From positions 504,523 through 568,522 of the forward strand of contig MU058815.1 of assembly GCA_013265495.1 (NCBI GenBank): a stretch of DNA of 64,000 nucleotides, read 5' to 3'. The translations under genes and the position numbers were made by a program. This DNA is from Vicugna vicugna. Taxonomy: Eukaryota. Positions 1 to 12,720 of the stretch are shown piece by piece; the first letter of the stretch is position 1; each line of letters begins with the position of its first letter. A model generated the notes under the pieces. The model made no database searches. It was not told the origin of the DNA and saw only the letters and a list, made by a program, of their open reading frames with translations.

Positions 1-14
1 ACTTTTTAAAAAAT

Positions 15-140
15 AAATTTTTGGAGGGGGGTTGGTAATTAGGTTTATTTATTTATTTGTTTTAATGGAGGGACTGGGGATCGAACCCAGGACCTCGTGC
101 CTGCTAAGCATGTGCTCCACCCCTGAGCTATACTCACCCC
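15..140 (-). mobile_element. tRNA-Ala-derived SINE (Vic-1-like)
   Basis: Reverse complement has a TAGCTCAG A-box, CTTAGCA anticodon loop, GGTTCGATCC B-box, then an AAATAAACCTAATTAC tail. Confidence 0.85.
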
Positions 141-149
141 ATAATGGCT

Positions 150-311
150 TCTTTTTTTCAATTTTTAAAAAATTCTTATTTTGTGGGGAGGGGGGAGGTA
201 ATTAAGTTTATTTATTTTTATTTATTTATTTTTTAGTGGAGGTACTGGGGCTTGAACCCAGGATCTCACACATGCTAAGCACGCACTCTACCACTGAACT
301 ATACCCTCCCC
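150..311 (-). mobile_element. tRNA-Ala-derived SINE (Vic-1-like), tandem to the previous copy
   Basis: Same head and tail architecture. Confidence 0.85.
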
Positions 312-329
312 TTCATATACCATTTTCTT

Positions 330-560
330 TCATTTTTAATTAGAAAAATTGTTAACTGGGGTAAAAGACACATAACGTAAAATTATCACTGTTCTTTTTT
401 AAGCGTGGAGTTCTGTGGCATGAAGTCCATCCACACTGTCATGTGAACCACCATCCCCCCCCTCCCTCCTCAGAACCCTTTCCATCTTGCAAAACTGAAA
501 CTGTCTCCATCAAACGCTAACTCTGCAGCCACCCCTCCCCCCAGGCCCCTCCTTGCAACC
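330..560 (-). mobile_element. Old L1 3'-end fragment (L1MB-like)
   Basis: Resembles the reverse complement of the L1 3'UTR at 36040-36240. Confidence 0.55.
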
Positions 561-1339
561 TTAATTCATGCACTTTTGCTAAACTTTTAGGTATAAGCTG
601 TAGAGAAGTCATTCTCCTCTTTCTTCTCTAGCATTCTGAGCTTGACCCCTCTTCATTCCAGTCAGCACAAGGGAAGAGGGGGCTCCCTGGGTGGGCGTCT
701 GGGGGAAGCTGGTGGTGCCTGGATCGTCCACAGCGGGCGCTCCAGATCTGGTTATTGAGCTCTTATGCCTTCTCAGGGGCTGTGGTGGCTCAGATCTGCC
801 TGTGACTGGGGGGGTGCTGGGGGAGGATATTCGGAAAAAGCCCTTAGGAAGTAGACGGAGAACCCTCTCCAATCAGCTGCAACACTCGTGAAACTGATCA
901 TTTGATCACTGACTGTCATTTGGTTCAGAATTCAGAAGAAAAGAGGGGCGTTATTTGCTGCCGCCTTCAGACCTCAACACGAGCTTGAGAACATTGTGTA
1001 TGCCTTACATTTTACATGATGAATACGTTTTAGTCTATATGTTGGCATATCCTTGAAGGTTCTTCAGTTCAACTTTCTACGTCAATTATATGCCAGTCTT
1101 GGTGAGCAGAGGCCAGTTCTCTTGTTTATAACTGGCACCTTCCTGGGTCGCACAAGACTAAACAGACCTCAACCAGGATTCCCCTGGGACGGCTCCCGTC
1201 ACCCGCGAGAGAAGCCGCCTGACTTCTGATCACACAGCCATGCCGGCCGCGGGAGGGCGCCACCCGTGGGCCTCGGGATTTGGTGCTCAAGTGGGAGGAA
1301 ACCATTCCGTCACCATGGCTCCTTTTCTTCATCTTTTTA

Positions 1340-2470
1340 ATTCTTACGCAATTTTAGACTTGCAGGAAAGTCGGCCAGTAGGGCTGAGAGTTCCTGTGTA
1401 CCCTCGTCCAGATTCCCCTAATGGTAACATCTTCCAGGCCATGATGATCAAACCCAGGAAATGAGCGTTGCCCGGACGCTAGCTAGACGAACTACCGACC
1501 TCACGCGAGTCTCACCCGTTTTCCCGCCGTGTCCCTTCTCTGTTCCAGGATCCCGCCTTGCACCTCGTGCTCACCGCCCCTCGGTCTCCTCCGTTCTGGG
1601 GCAGTTCCTCAGTCTTCTTTGTCTTTGATGGCCTCGACACACTTTTGCAGAGCCCTGATCAGTTACTTCTAGAGAATGTCTCCCTTTTTTTTTTTAATTG
1701 AAGTATAGTCAGTTTACCATGTTGTGTAGTCTCTGGTGTACAGCACAATGTCTCAGCCATCCATATACATTCATGTGCTCCTTTTCATACTCTTTTTCAT
1801 TGTAGATTATTACAAGATATTGACGACAGTTCCCTGTGCTGTGCAGGAGAAACGTGTCATTTATCTGTTTTATATACAGTAGTCAGCATCTGCAAATTCC
1901 AAACTCCCGATTTTTCCCGCTGGTAAGTTTGCTTTCTGTGTCTGTGAGTCTGTTTCTGTTCTGTAAATAAGTGCCTTTTAAATTGTTTTAGATAGAACGT
2001 CTCTTGGGAGCTTGTCGGGTGCTTTTTCACGATGAGCTCGAGGTGACACATTTTCAGCTGGAACCCCTGTGCCTTCCTCAGGGCAAGGCGCCCTCTCCGG
2101 GGCCACCACGTGGGTCTGTCTGATCCTCAGTGACGTTACCCTCAGTCCTCGGGGTGAGACTGCCTGTCGGGGGCCTCACCGTGCAGGGTCATCATTAGAG
2201 GGGGGAGATTTTGAGACAGTGCAAACACCCTGTTTCTCCTCAGACTTCCCCACGCTCATCCTCACACCCAATGCCTGCAGTAGTTATCACGCTGGTATCT
2301 GCCTCATGCTGGTTTTCCGTCTCGCTCCTTCCTGACACCGACTGGGATTCACCTGTAAGGAAGCGCTGTTGCTGCTTCCCCACTTGTTCCCTTATTCAAG
2401 TTTTATTTGTACCAGCACAGACTTCCGGATATTTACTTATTCCAAGGGTTAGACTCCATTACACACTCTG
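1340..2470 (-). mobile_element. Old L1MC-like 3' fragment interrupted by a younger L1 3' end (about 1685-1980)
   Basis: 'cccctaatggtaacatctt' L1MC-type motif; the inner element starts poly-T + 'aattgaagtatagtcagtttac', similar to 24860-24995. Confidence 0.55.
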
Positions 2471-4032
2471 CTGCTCCGTCCGTAACCCCCAAGTCCTGAT
2501 TCGGGCGCACTGTCTCCCTCCTGGCGCGTGTTAACTGATGCCGAACCAGAGGCAGCCTCTGTCTTGTGTTTGTCACCATTCCAATGTGTGTTCCATGCCA
2601 AAGGCACTGGACTTTTTTTTTCTAATATCTTAATACAATATCCTGCTAATTAATCTTGACTTAATGATTAAATTTTTAGTCATAAAAAAGTTCATGGTTC
2701 ATGGGATTTTTTGCCTGGTTTTCAAGAGAATCAAGAAAGTGCTTGACTGAGTGCAGTGGCACATGAAATGCTGATCATGACCACTGTCATTGCTCTAATC
2801 ACTCAGGAGCCGCGTTGTTATAAATGGGACAACTCATAAAGATGCCGGCAGAAACTCATTCAGAAAAAAACTCCTAATTTATCCAATGGGGAGAATACCT
2901 ACTCCATGAAATTAAAAAAAAATTTATCATTAAGTGTTAAGTGGACCATCTTCAATCATTCTTCTGTAAAAATTGCTCCTCTACCCTCTGAATTAACCCC
3001 CCATCACTAATTAAGTGCCTCTAAGCATGAATCATAATTGGTCGATGACCTTGTGTGGCAGGATTAAGGGTGATTTTTGACCTTGATGCTTTCCTGAACA
3101 TTTCTAGTCTTTATACAATGAACATATATTTTTTCTATTATAATAAAATGTTATTTCAAATATTTAAAAACGTAACCCTTAAACCCTGCTCGAAAGGAAG
3201 TTGAAATCTCACTTTGTTGAAGAGACAGGATGCTTTTTTGCCCTTTCAGCTCCTCATTTTGAAAACGCACAGCTGCTTCCCGCTTGGGCACACACACTCG
3301 TTTGTTTACACGTCAGACTGGTGTTAGGGAGATTATTTTGTTAGCTTGTAAAATACACACAATTTTATTCATCGTTCTCCGTTTGAAAATAGTACCACCA
3401 GGAAAATGTGATGTGTTAAAATTTCCCCAATACAGTAAAGAATTTTAATTTACTTCTCTTTTGGCTTTGAGGAACTGGGTTGCTTAAACAAACTGCCTCA
3501 AGACCTGAGAGTGCCAAGGGCCAAGTGCTGGATTAAATTCAACAAGTCGAGTTTCCTCACCTCCGTGGAACTGCAGAGGAGTACTAGCGGTGCATTAAAA
3601 CCGCATTTGCTCACCAAGCCCTTTTAAAACCTTGAATGGAGTTTCAACCTAAATGGGTTTAATCCAGAGAGAGCTTTCTACAGAAATAAACCTTGAAGGC
3701 ATTGTTATTCCAGAAAACATGTGGAATCTAGCCGCCCAGCCTGAATTCCAGTTGAGATGGAATAAACGAAGTGGAGGTAAACAGTGTCCCTGGTGGTTTA
3801 GGGAAAGCCCGCTGGAGGGGCTGGGGAGGCCCTGACACTGAGGCAGCGCCCTCCCACCCCGCCCCCAACCAGGGGCCCAAACCCCAGGGCCTCACAACTT
3901 CTCATCGTCATTTAGCGCAGCTCATTCCATCCCCAGAGCACTTATGTGCACAGAATACTGGCTTAAGAAAGCTAGTGATCCTGTCCTGGGAGAAGCCTGG
4001 TGGGACAGGGAAGCGTGGGGCACACCCCTCTC

Positions 4033-4577
4033 CGAAGGGATCAGAACATGCCACCCCCAAAACACCCCTCTGGCTTACTGATCATTCTGAGCATCTGAGA
4101 AACAGCAGGTGCAGGAAGGGGCTCCCTGAGCGCCTCCTTCCCACCTAAAAGCAGGTCATCAATTCCCGGTGATCAAGTGCCTCTTCATGCGAGGGAGAGA
4201 ACATTTTAATCAGCTGAGACAGAGCCAACGCCGGGGCGGATCCCCACCTACAAACCTGCCTAGAACAACCCTTCTCCTCCGCTAGGTTCCCCCGTGTGCT
4301 TATCCTCCTTCAGTTCTGTCTCTAGACGCACAAACACCTTTTCCTTTGTCTTATTTCCACATGCTGCTCTCACTCAAAATGCTATAAAGACTCTCAGGTC
4401 CAACCACTTTCGGGGTTTCATTTCATTTCTGTGAGACCCTTTCAAATGGATATGAAATAAAGCTCTTCTTAGCTTTTTTTTTTTTGGTTAAATTTTCAGG
4501 GTCCTGGGAACCGAACATGAGAGAGTGTAAGGAAAGGGTTGTTTGTTGTGTTTTGTTTTGTTTTCATGTCTCCTACA
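4033..4577 (+). mobile_element. Solo ERV1-class LTR (MER34/MER39-like)
   Basis: Starts 'gaagggatcagaacatgccacccccaaaa'; TATAAA at 4383-4388; AATAAA at 4456-4461; ends 'ctcctaCA'; homologous to the inverted copy at 5763-6328. Confidence 0.65.
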
Positions 4578-5283
4578 TCATCCACTGACTTCCCTTTATC
4601 CATCTTGAATAAAGCTCACTCAGGGAGTCCTCGCGGCTCGGCTCTCTTCACTGTAAAAGCAACAGAAAAGAACTTCCATCTGTCAGGTCTTGGAGGGAGC
4701 TGAAGACTCAGACTGGTGGTTTGCTTGGTGAAACAGCCTTGTCTGGAACGATAAGCCCCTTGGAGAACCTGCTGGAAGCTATGGACTCTCCTCCTAGAAC
4801 CCAGTTGTGTATAATGAGGGTGGGCAGGCCCTCCCTACAGCATCCAGAGGCTTTTCTTGCTAACTCGCAGGAGCCGGTCAGGGGACGATGCGTGGGGCGC
4901 TGCGGGCTTGAGAGGAGGCGGTAGCTGACACCTCGGGCCTGGGTCCACGGCTCCTCCTCGCGCCCTGGGGAGGGTCCCACGGGAGGGTCCCACCCCGTCA
5001 TCTTTTAGAAACTTGAGATGTGCTTGCACTCACTGAGGTGGGGGTGGTTATCAGTTTACAAAGATCTCCTGTAAACCAGGCCAATCCTAGTCTAAATAAC
5101 ATTTTTTTTTATAATGAATTGTTGCAAGCGCTCCTCCCAGTTGATGAAAGAGCAGAAATTGCAACTTCATCTTGCTTTGCTCGTTCCCAGGATGTCCTGA
5201 GCAAGGATCCTAAACTCTCAGTCTCTCAGTTTTCTCACGTGTAAAATCGGGGTAGTAACGGCATTGATCAAATCACATTGCTG

Positions 5284-5750
5284 TGTCGGCTGAAATCAAC
5301 GCACAGCCTAGAAGTTGAGAGTCATGTTTATCTGGTGGGAGGACTGGAGCCGGGAATGACAGCCCCTCAGGTGGCTCTGAGGGACGGCTCCGGAGAGGTG
5401 GGGGAGGAGCCAGGACGTATAGGAGCTTTACAACAAAGACCAGGTAGTTGGAATGTTAAAAGATGACTTGTTAACTAAAGAAAACCAGGCGTCTCAAGTT
5501 CAAGAATTTAGTGCTTTTCTATGTATGGGAGGAAGCAAACATTTGCGCTCACTGAATTCATTCCTTTGACAAGCACCTAGCCGTCTAGGGCCAGTGTCCT
5601 GTCCTTTCTTGTTCTGAGTCCCCCAGAGGGCACCACTGTGAGTGGCTGCAGGCTGGTCTTCACTGGGGGGTGGCGGTAGCAGCCGCTGATGACTTGATGG
5701 CTTCAGCATCCTTTGTTTACTGACATGGTTTGCAATGTTTTTCGTTCACA
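5284..5750 (-). mobile_element. Solo LTR, MER41-like
   Basis: TG...CA termini (tgtcgg ... ttcaca), about 470 bp; internal 'gaatttagtgcttttctatgtatggga' recalled from MER41-type LTRs. Confidence 0.55.
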
Positions 5751-5762
5751 GTAGCAAGGAGC

Positions 5763-6328
5763 TGTAGGGGAGGAAACGCTTTTCCTCGATCCTTTTCGTT
5801 TCCGTAGCTACATTTGCAAATCCAAGTGGCAAAAGATCCATTAACAGGAGAAAAAGCACACAAATCTTAGCTGATGTTAACTTTTATGTGCACATGGAGG
5901 CCCTTACAGAGCACAAGCAAAGACCCCTACGGGTGGTTAGACCTGGGGGCTTACACGTCATTGTAACAAAGGGTGAAAATTGCGGAGATGCAGCTAGAGG
6001 AAGGAAAGGGGCTTAGGCTTCCAGAGGCAGGAGATCCTGGGAAGGTAAGTACACAGGGGGAAGGAATGGAAAATGTGGGTTATTCAGGACAGCTCGCTTC
6101 TGCAGACTCGTCTTGGTGCCGCTGGTCTCCAGGAGTGAAGGTAGTCTTTTCCTTCCTGGTATGGAAGAGGGGAACGCTTTCACGAAGGGAAATTTATGCC
6201 GTTTTTAGGTAGAAAGGGGGAAGACAGAGAGCTTTTCCTCCGTCTGCTGCTTCTCAACTGCCTTCAGCTCAAAATAATCCTTATGCCAAAGTGGCGCATT
6301 TTGGGGTGTCTTGTTCTGACTCCCCACC
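5763..6328 (-). mobile_element. Solo ERV1-class LTR (MER34/MER39-like)
   Basis: Reverse complement begins 'gagtcagaacaagacaccccaaaatgcgccactttggcataaggattattttgagctg' and ends 'cccctaCA', matching both ends of the 4033-4577 LTR. Confidence 0.65.
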
Positions 6329-6339
6329 CCAGAACATAA

Positions 6340-6720
6340 CACCTGTCTGAAAATAGCAAGAGTGCATTGATTGCTCCCTCAACGAGAGGTCTAGAAGGAA
6401 GCAGTTCCAAGGCGGGACTGGCACCTTCCCATGCTCACCAAAGGCCCAGGCTCCTTCAGCTCTGCTCCTCCATGTGGGGGGTGTTAGCAATGGTGCTCCT
6501 CATTGGGCTAAGATGGCTGCACCAGCTCCAAACATCACAGCCTGAGCAGCAGGGCAACTAGCAACAAGATGAAACCATCCCCAGCAGGTATCTCCCTGCA
6601 TGTCCTTGGTCAGGGCTATGCCACACCACAGCCCGTCCAGTAACCGGCCCAGGGGCCCTAACGACCATGGCTGGCTTGGACGTGGTTCTCCCCCCAGGAG
6701 GGGCCACAATGAAACCTCTG
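6340..6720. mobile_element. Degenerate MaLR (MLT1-like) LTR fragment
   Basis: Motifs 'aagatggctgc..cagctcca..catcaca' and 'tccttggtcagggctatgccaca' are typical of old MLT1 LTRs (recall). Confidence 0.35.
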
Positions 6721-7899
6721 TTCTGGGGACATCTGCAGTGCCTGTCACAATAGAAGACCTGTGTGTTCCCCTCTGAAGATTCAAGATGATCAATTCTCTG
6801 GTATCTTGGGTAGACACAGGTAACCCTAAATCCCACATTTTTTTTCTTTAAAAATTTTTTTCATTAAAAAATTTTTTTTGGTCATTTTTCCCCCCCTTCT
6901 AAGTCCCATAATCTTTAATTCAGCTTTGGCTAAAGCAGAAGCATTTAATTAAAAAAACCCTAAGAGAATGGAAATCAGTTAACATTCAACATGTTTTTTC
7001 CTTTCTTCCTTTCCATGCCTTCAGTTAATTAGATACTGTTCCTCCTGTAATGATTCTTTAACTTTCTTACATTTTCTCTCCTATTTTCCGCTTCTCCATC
7101 CCTCTGACCCTGACACCTCCTCATTTATAAGCCTTCCCTTCCCTTCCACCCACTTACTGAGCTTGTAAAAAACATTAATTCAGGCTCTTTTTGGTCTCTG
7201 AGGATTATTCTCAATTCAATGAATACAGAATTTTCTATTTCTGATGATGCCCAGTGACAAGAATAAATAATTGTGTAATTATTAATTGTGTGATAAGTAA
7301 TTATGTGTAAATAATTCTTTACCTGACTGTCTGTCTGTCCATCCGTGCCGGTCCCTCCCGCGACGGTAATCCTTGTCGACCTGCCCGTGTGCAAGCGTCA
7401 GGGGCTGAGAAGCTGGCTGGCTGAGTGTGCGAGGGACTCGGGCTGGTGGCCCCACAGGAGTGTGCTTGGCAGGGAGCCAGTTCTCTCACTCCACGTGGCA
7501 GCACCTGGAGGTTTTTTCCACACGGAAGGGCCTTCGATCGGGATGGCCCTGGGCAGCGAGAGCCTGCCTGCTGGAGTTCTAGACTGTACTGGACGGACAT
7601 ACCATCCAGTTACTCCTTCCAGGAAGGGCTTGTTACCCCCAGCAGGCAACTCCTTCAAGGGTCTCCCGCCGTTACAGGGCGCCCCTGACCTCAGTGCAGC
7701 GGCCCATCCAGTGCCTGATGGAGGTGAACACCTGCTGTCTGTGCCTGGCCTCGAACTTGAGCAGCAGGTCCTATCTGCACACCATACACCATGCAGAGAG
7801 CGGAGGGGAAGGTACAGCCTGGCAGGGAGCTCCTGGGTCCTCCGAAGTCCCAAGTTTAACTCTCCGCTGAAGGTGACCAGTGTCCCTTTGGGGCCTCGG

Positions 7900-8311
7900 C
7901 CACTGCTGAGTTCTTTTGCAAAACCTGTAATGGAAGTTGTAGCAGACACTGCCAGTGCCCCGTTCCCGCAGAGCTCACGTCTGCCGGTCCGCGCCCTCTG
8001 CAGCCAGTGCCTGTGGCCGCAGCAGCTCGTGCAGGGTGGGCAAGGGGGCGCTGGGCAGCCAGCCCTCAGCCAGGGGGCCGGGAGTGGGGCCGCTAACTGC
8101 CTCTGACTCGCCAAGCAGTCAACTGGGCGGTCCCGGCAGGACTGAGCCCCTGCTGCCCACAGGGGGACCCTCTCACTGACGTCCATCCCTGGGGCGACGT
8201 CAGTGCCTCCTCCTCCCCTGCAGGTGCTTCCCGGGATCATCTCCCAGATTTACTGCTGTCACTTTAACCCTGACTTCAGGGTCTGCGTCTGAGGGACCCC
8301 AAGCTCAGCCA
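7900..8311 (+). mobile_element. Degenerate ERVL LTR (LTR16-like)
   Basis: 3' end 'gggatcatctcccagatttactgctgtcactttaaccctgacttcagggtctgcgtctgagggaccccaagctcagcca' resembles the LTR16 terminus; 5' boundary uncertain. Confidence 0.45.
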
Positions 8312-9349
8312 CAGCCAGTCAATGGACATTCAGCTGACACCACGCTAGACACCCCGCAGGACCGTCTAACTCAGAGCTGAGCTCGCTGCCAGGTGTGGGC
8401 ATCAGTGCTGACTGGCTGCCACCGGAATCGGGGCTCCGCCCGAAGTGGGCCGGGTGCGCTATCACCTCTCCCCCGCAGAATCCTCGCACAGCATCGGCAC
8501 GCAGCGGGTCTCACCCCGTTTCACAGCACGGGAAACTGAGGCTCGAAACATTGCCTGGGAACTAGGGGGCCCTTACAGAAATTCTGTCCTCCTGACTCCG
8601 AAGTCCTCTGTTCTTGACACGGAGGAGTCTGCTCTGCCTGTCCAGAAACAGCTGAAAGGTGATTTGCAAACAACAGCCCAGTAATATTAATCATGTTCCC
8701 AAGACTCTAAACACGTCTTCTCTAACACATTAATTTCTCTCACTTCGGGATTTATAGGAGTCATTTCTGATACACAAAAGGGAAAACCCAACACCATCAC
8801 TTAAAGGGGAAAAGAAAAATCCTAAACGTCAAAGTAGAAGGTGGTGAGTGAGACCACAAGGTGTGTTCAGCGGAACAAAGTCAAGTCACGTTGGGTTAGA
8901 AGTCAGGGGAGAGTCAAGCGCCCTTTGGGAAATTATTGTTTTCCCAAGATTTTATCTTCCAGGGCTACTGGAAGCCCATTTTGGATTGCTGAGTGGTAGA
9001 CAGAAAAGAACAGCAAAAGGAGGTTCTTCGGAGGCGTCCAGAGCAGGTCTGGGAGATGCTCTGGCTACAGGACCAGAGGCAAGTTACCCGCCCCCGTCCC
9101 TTTTCTCATCTTCAAGTAGATTCTGTGAGGGTTTCAGTGAGCGGCAGTTTCTTGGCAAGCTCTGAGACATAACACTGCAGATACTAATCGTCTACATCCT
9201 TGGATGCTTTTAAGCTAAGTCTTGGGGAGAAAAGTGAAATCCATCTGTGTCACCCTAACGTGTGTGTACGAATGAAGGTCCACATTCCGTGGTTTTTTTT
9301 CTTTTAATTTTCTTTAAATTGAAGTACAGTCAGTATTTTTTTTAATAGA

Positions 9350-9477
9350 CTTTTTTTTTTAAATTTTTTTTGGGGAAGGTAATTAGGTTTATTTACTTTA
9401 GAGGAAGTACTGGGGATTGAACCCAGGACCTCACGCATGCTAAGCATGTGCTCTACCATTTGAGCTACTTCCCCCCA
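9350..9477 (-). mobile_element. tRNA-Ala-derived SINE (Vic-1-like)
   Basis: A-box, B-box, CTTAGCA loop and ACCTAATTAC tail on the minus strand. Confidence 0.85.
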
Positions 9478-11249
9478 CTGAAGATTCGCATTCTGGATCT
9501 TTTGGGGGATAGAATCACTTCCCCAAATATTTGTTATAAAGCCCTTTCAAATTTGAAAGCGGATCAAAATAACCCGTTCGTCTTTGAAACATAAATGCAC
9601 GTGGACTTTGGTGTCTATGAAATTATGTGAGAAATGTGTGGCTGTTTCTGAAACAACATAAAAGAGGACATACAGAGAGCTGGTTTCTTTTCTTCTTCTT
9701 CTTTCTCTTTTAACCAAAGTCTGATCCTGAAAAATAAACTTTCAGATGTTAACATTCCTGAAATCAGAAAACTGTACATATTGGCTGCTGAAAACTGGGT
9801 TTAAACTCAGTTTTACACCTCCTCGTTTGACTGCTGCAGAGTGGAGTGAGAAGGACATCTGGTTTTGAACCCCTGATCGCAGGAGACGGAACTGGAGAGG
9901 GGCCTGGGAGGCGAAGCAGCAGGCAGCCGCCCACGGACCTCCCAGAACACGCTCGAATGTTCTCGGGCAGGTTATTTCGGAGTGATTTTCCATTCATTTA
10001 ATAAATATTCACTGAAGAACCTATTTAGTGTCACTTATGCTTCTGAGGGAAGCAGTCAAATATAAATAAGACACTGCAGGTTTAATTCATCTTTGGCATG
10101 AAAGCCATCGTTACTAATGAAACATAAAAAGGTGACCTTTTCTAACAGCTTATAAAAACAGGGCACTGAAACAACAAAGTCGAGAATTAATATAAGAGTT
10201 TATTTCTAAGTCTTCAGAACTCGTCTAATTTCCCGTATCATCTCGGGACACAAGGGCTGTCTGCAGTAGCCGTTTTTATGGGGGGGAGGGGGGTGCCAGT
10301 ACCCCACAACCTAATTTAAAATAATCAAGTCCAGATGTTGTTGTCAAAAAAGAGGTTTGCACCGTTCACCGCTGTGACCTGGATCATATTTCAAAAGTGT
10401 CAAATCAAAGCTGTCCCACCAAAGCCTGATTTCTTAATGAGTTCCTTATGTATTTCATCTCTTGAATACAAAAAGTGGGGTCTCTGTTGGGGAGGAAAAT
10501 TCAGATTTACCAAAATGAAACCTGCGGGTGTGACCCTTTGCGAAACACACCCCTCGCAGCTGACCACCCCCCCCCCACGGTAGAGTTATTTCACTGCTTC
10601 ATTAAGACGCTTTCATTTAAAAAGCCACATCTGAGGGGCGTTATAATATCCAGAGAAAAGGGACTGGGAGCTGAAGGAAATCTCATTGAAATCTCAGCGT
10701 TAACATTAACATCTTTAAAAAGTACTGACATGCTGCCAGGTTAACCCGATGCTATGAAGGGCAAAATTTTAAAAGCTTTATCATTGCTGTGTCTTAAATG
10801 CTGGCCTTTTTCTTGAAGAAAGATTCTAGCTAAGGGGGTGTTTTTGGGTCCTGACTTACTATGCTAAGTACGTCTGGATACTGAATAGCAAGTTTTCTTC
10901 TTTTGGGCAAGGAGAAAAGAAGAGTGATCCTCAAGGTGATCAGACAGATGAATACATACATGCAGACAGACGGACAGAGGGCCAGAAGGACAGAGGCAGA
11001 CAGTGGCAGCATCAGCTTTTGGAAACTAGCGACCTCCTATCTTCAGGCGACCGGTTCACTGTCATCTTTTCCCAGGACGACGAAGACTCAGCGTCCTGAG
11101 AAGTCAGGGAAATAGGGCTCCGTCTTGCAAATGCTTTCAGGCCACCGAAATTAAGAATGAAAACTCCACTGATTCATTCATTCAAGCGATAACCATGAGC
11201 GTGTCCACTCTGCACCAAGGCCTGGCAGTGCCTCCTGCGGCCATGGAGT

Positions 11250-12720
11250 CAAGTGGTCATTCCTGTTCCCATTCTCAAAAGGGTAAAAGGATCTAAAGGA
11301 AACAGGGTTTCTACACTTCACTCAGAGGGGTGAAACCCTGACACCACAGGTGGTGATAAATGACGGAGGTGTCAGGTAATATCTAGAGCAACCACCAGTA
11401 CAATTATACAAAATGGTACATGAGAAATGTCACAGATCAGGAAGACGGGAGGGGGAGGGGGAGCTCAGTGGCAGAGCACGTGCCTACCACGCACAAGGCC
11501 CTGGGTTCAATCCCCAGTACCTCCATTAAAAGTAAGTAAGTAAAAACCTAATTACCCCCTCCCAAATTAAATAAAAAATTAAATGTTAAGTTAAAAAGTT
11601 TTAAAAAGAGAAAAAATTTTTAAAAAATTAAAAAGAAGACTGCAATGCTAAAAAATGTTCAAGTAACTCATGAGAAAGAAAAAACAAAAAACAAAAACCA
11701 AAACAAAAAAACCAGAAGGAAAAAAAAACCCTAGAGGAATGAGAACCAAAGGGACAAAACAGAAAATAAATGCTGCAAAGCAGAACTTCAGCTCTAATGT
11801 GTTGATGATTAATTTAAATATAAATGGTTTAAGTAAACCAATTAAAAGAGAGAGATCAATTATTCCTCAGTCAAGTTGGAAAAAATTGAAAATAAAAAAG
11901 ACATAGAGTGAATAATACACATGAGTCAGCTACATAGAGAACAGGAAAATGAATTCAAAAATAACATAAATGAGTAAGAAATAAAGGATGGAAAAAGATG
12001 TATCATATAAATAGGAATTAAGAAAAAAGTAAGAGAGACTATAACTACATCAAATAAACTTCAAAGCAAGGAAAGTTATTAGGAACAGAAGTGGGCACCA
12101 CATAATGATAAAGGATCAATCAATCCACTAGGATGTGGCAACCCCGAGTGTGTGTGCAGCACACAGCATCAAAACACAGGAAACAAAAACAGAGGTGAAG
12201 AGAGAAACAGGCACATTCGCAGCCGTAGTTGGGTGTTTCAACACCCAGCTCGGAGTACTGGACAGAATGAGCAGAGATAAAATCAGCAAGGATGCAGAGG
12301 AGTGAACAGCACCATCAGCTACTGGATCTCACTGACGTTCACAGAGCCCTCCCCGCAGCCATAGCAGAACACACACCCCATTCAGGTGCTCGTGGAAGAT
12401 CTGCCATGACGCCCACGTCCTAGGTCACACAGAAAACCTTAGCCAATTTGCAAGAACTGAAACAACACTGCGTATGTTTTCCTGGCCATGAAGTCAAGTT
12501 AGGAATCAGTAAGTGAAAGGCAACAGAAGAAGAGCCAAATACTTGGAAATTAAACAGCACACTTCTAGGGAACAGTTCCTTAGAGCTGAGAGGCTGTTCC
12601 CGGGCTCTAGTTCTCAGTAACGCCCTGAATAAAAAGGCATTTCTCAAAACAACACACTTCCAAATAATTCATGAGTCAAACAAGACGTCTCAAAGGAAAT
12701 TAAAAAATAAAAATAAAAAA
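11250..12720 (+). mobile_element. Old L1 remnant covering the ORF2 endonuclease start
   Basis: Track ORF 11670..11906 contains INLNINGLSKPIKR, matching the L1 ORF2 N-terminus (LNVNGLNxPIKR); A-rich plus strand. Confidence 0.7.
11447..11635 (+). mobile_element. tRNA-Ala-derived SINE inserted in the L1 remnant
   Basis: gagctcagtggcagagc...gggttcaatccccagtacctcc...acctaattacc; 'gaagac' is repeated on both flanks. Confidence 0.85.

Noticed and set aside
4968..4993. Short tandem duplications (GGGAGGGTCCCAC x2; similar ones near 25150 and 55420)
   Set aside because: Two-copy micro-duplications typical of replication slippage; no repeat-spacer structure.
5284..5750. Interferon-responsive GAS motif as in primate MER41 enhancers
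   Set aside because: I found no TTCNNNGAA by eye; the nearest is TTCAAGAA with a 2-nt spacer.
4033..6328. Possible provirus bounded by two related LTRs
   Set aside because: The LTRs are inverted rather than direct, and I see no primer-binding site, gag or pol sequence between them.
7345..8240. Overlapping 253-aa (+) and 280-aa (-) ORFs
   Set aside because: GC-rich sequence partly derived from an LTR16-like element, composition rich in G/P/A/R/S, no recognisable domain; long ORFs are expected when stop codons are rare.
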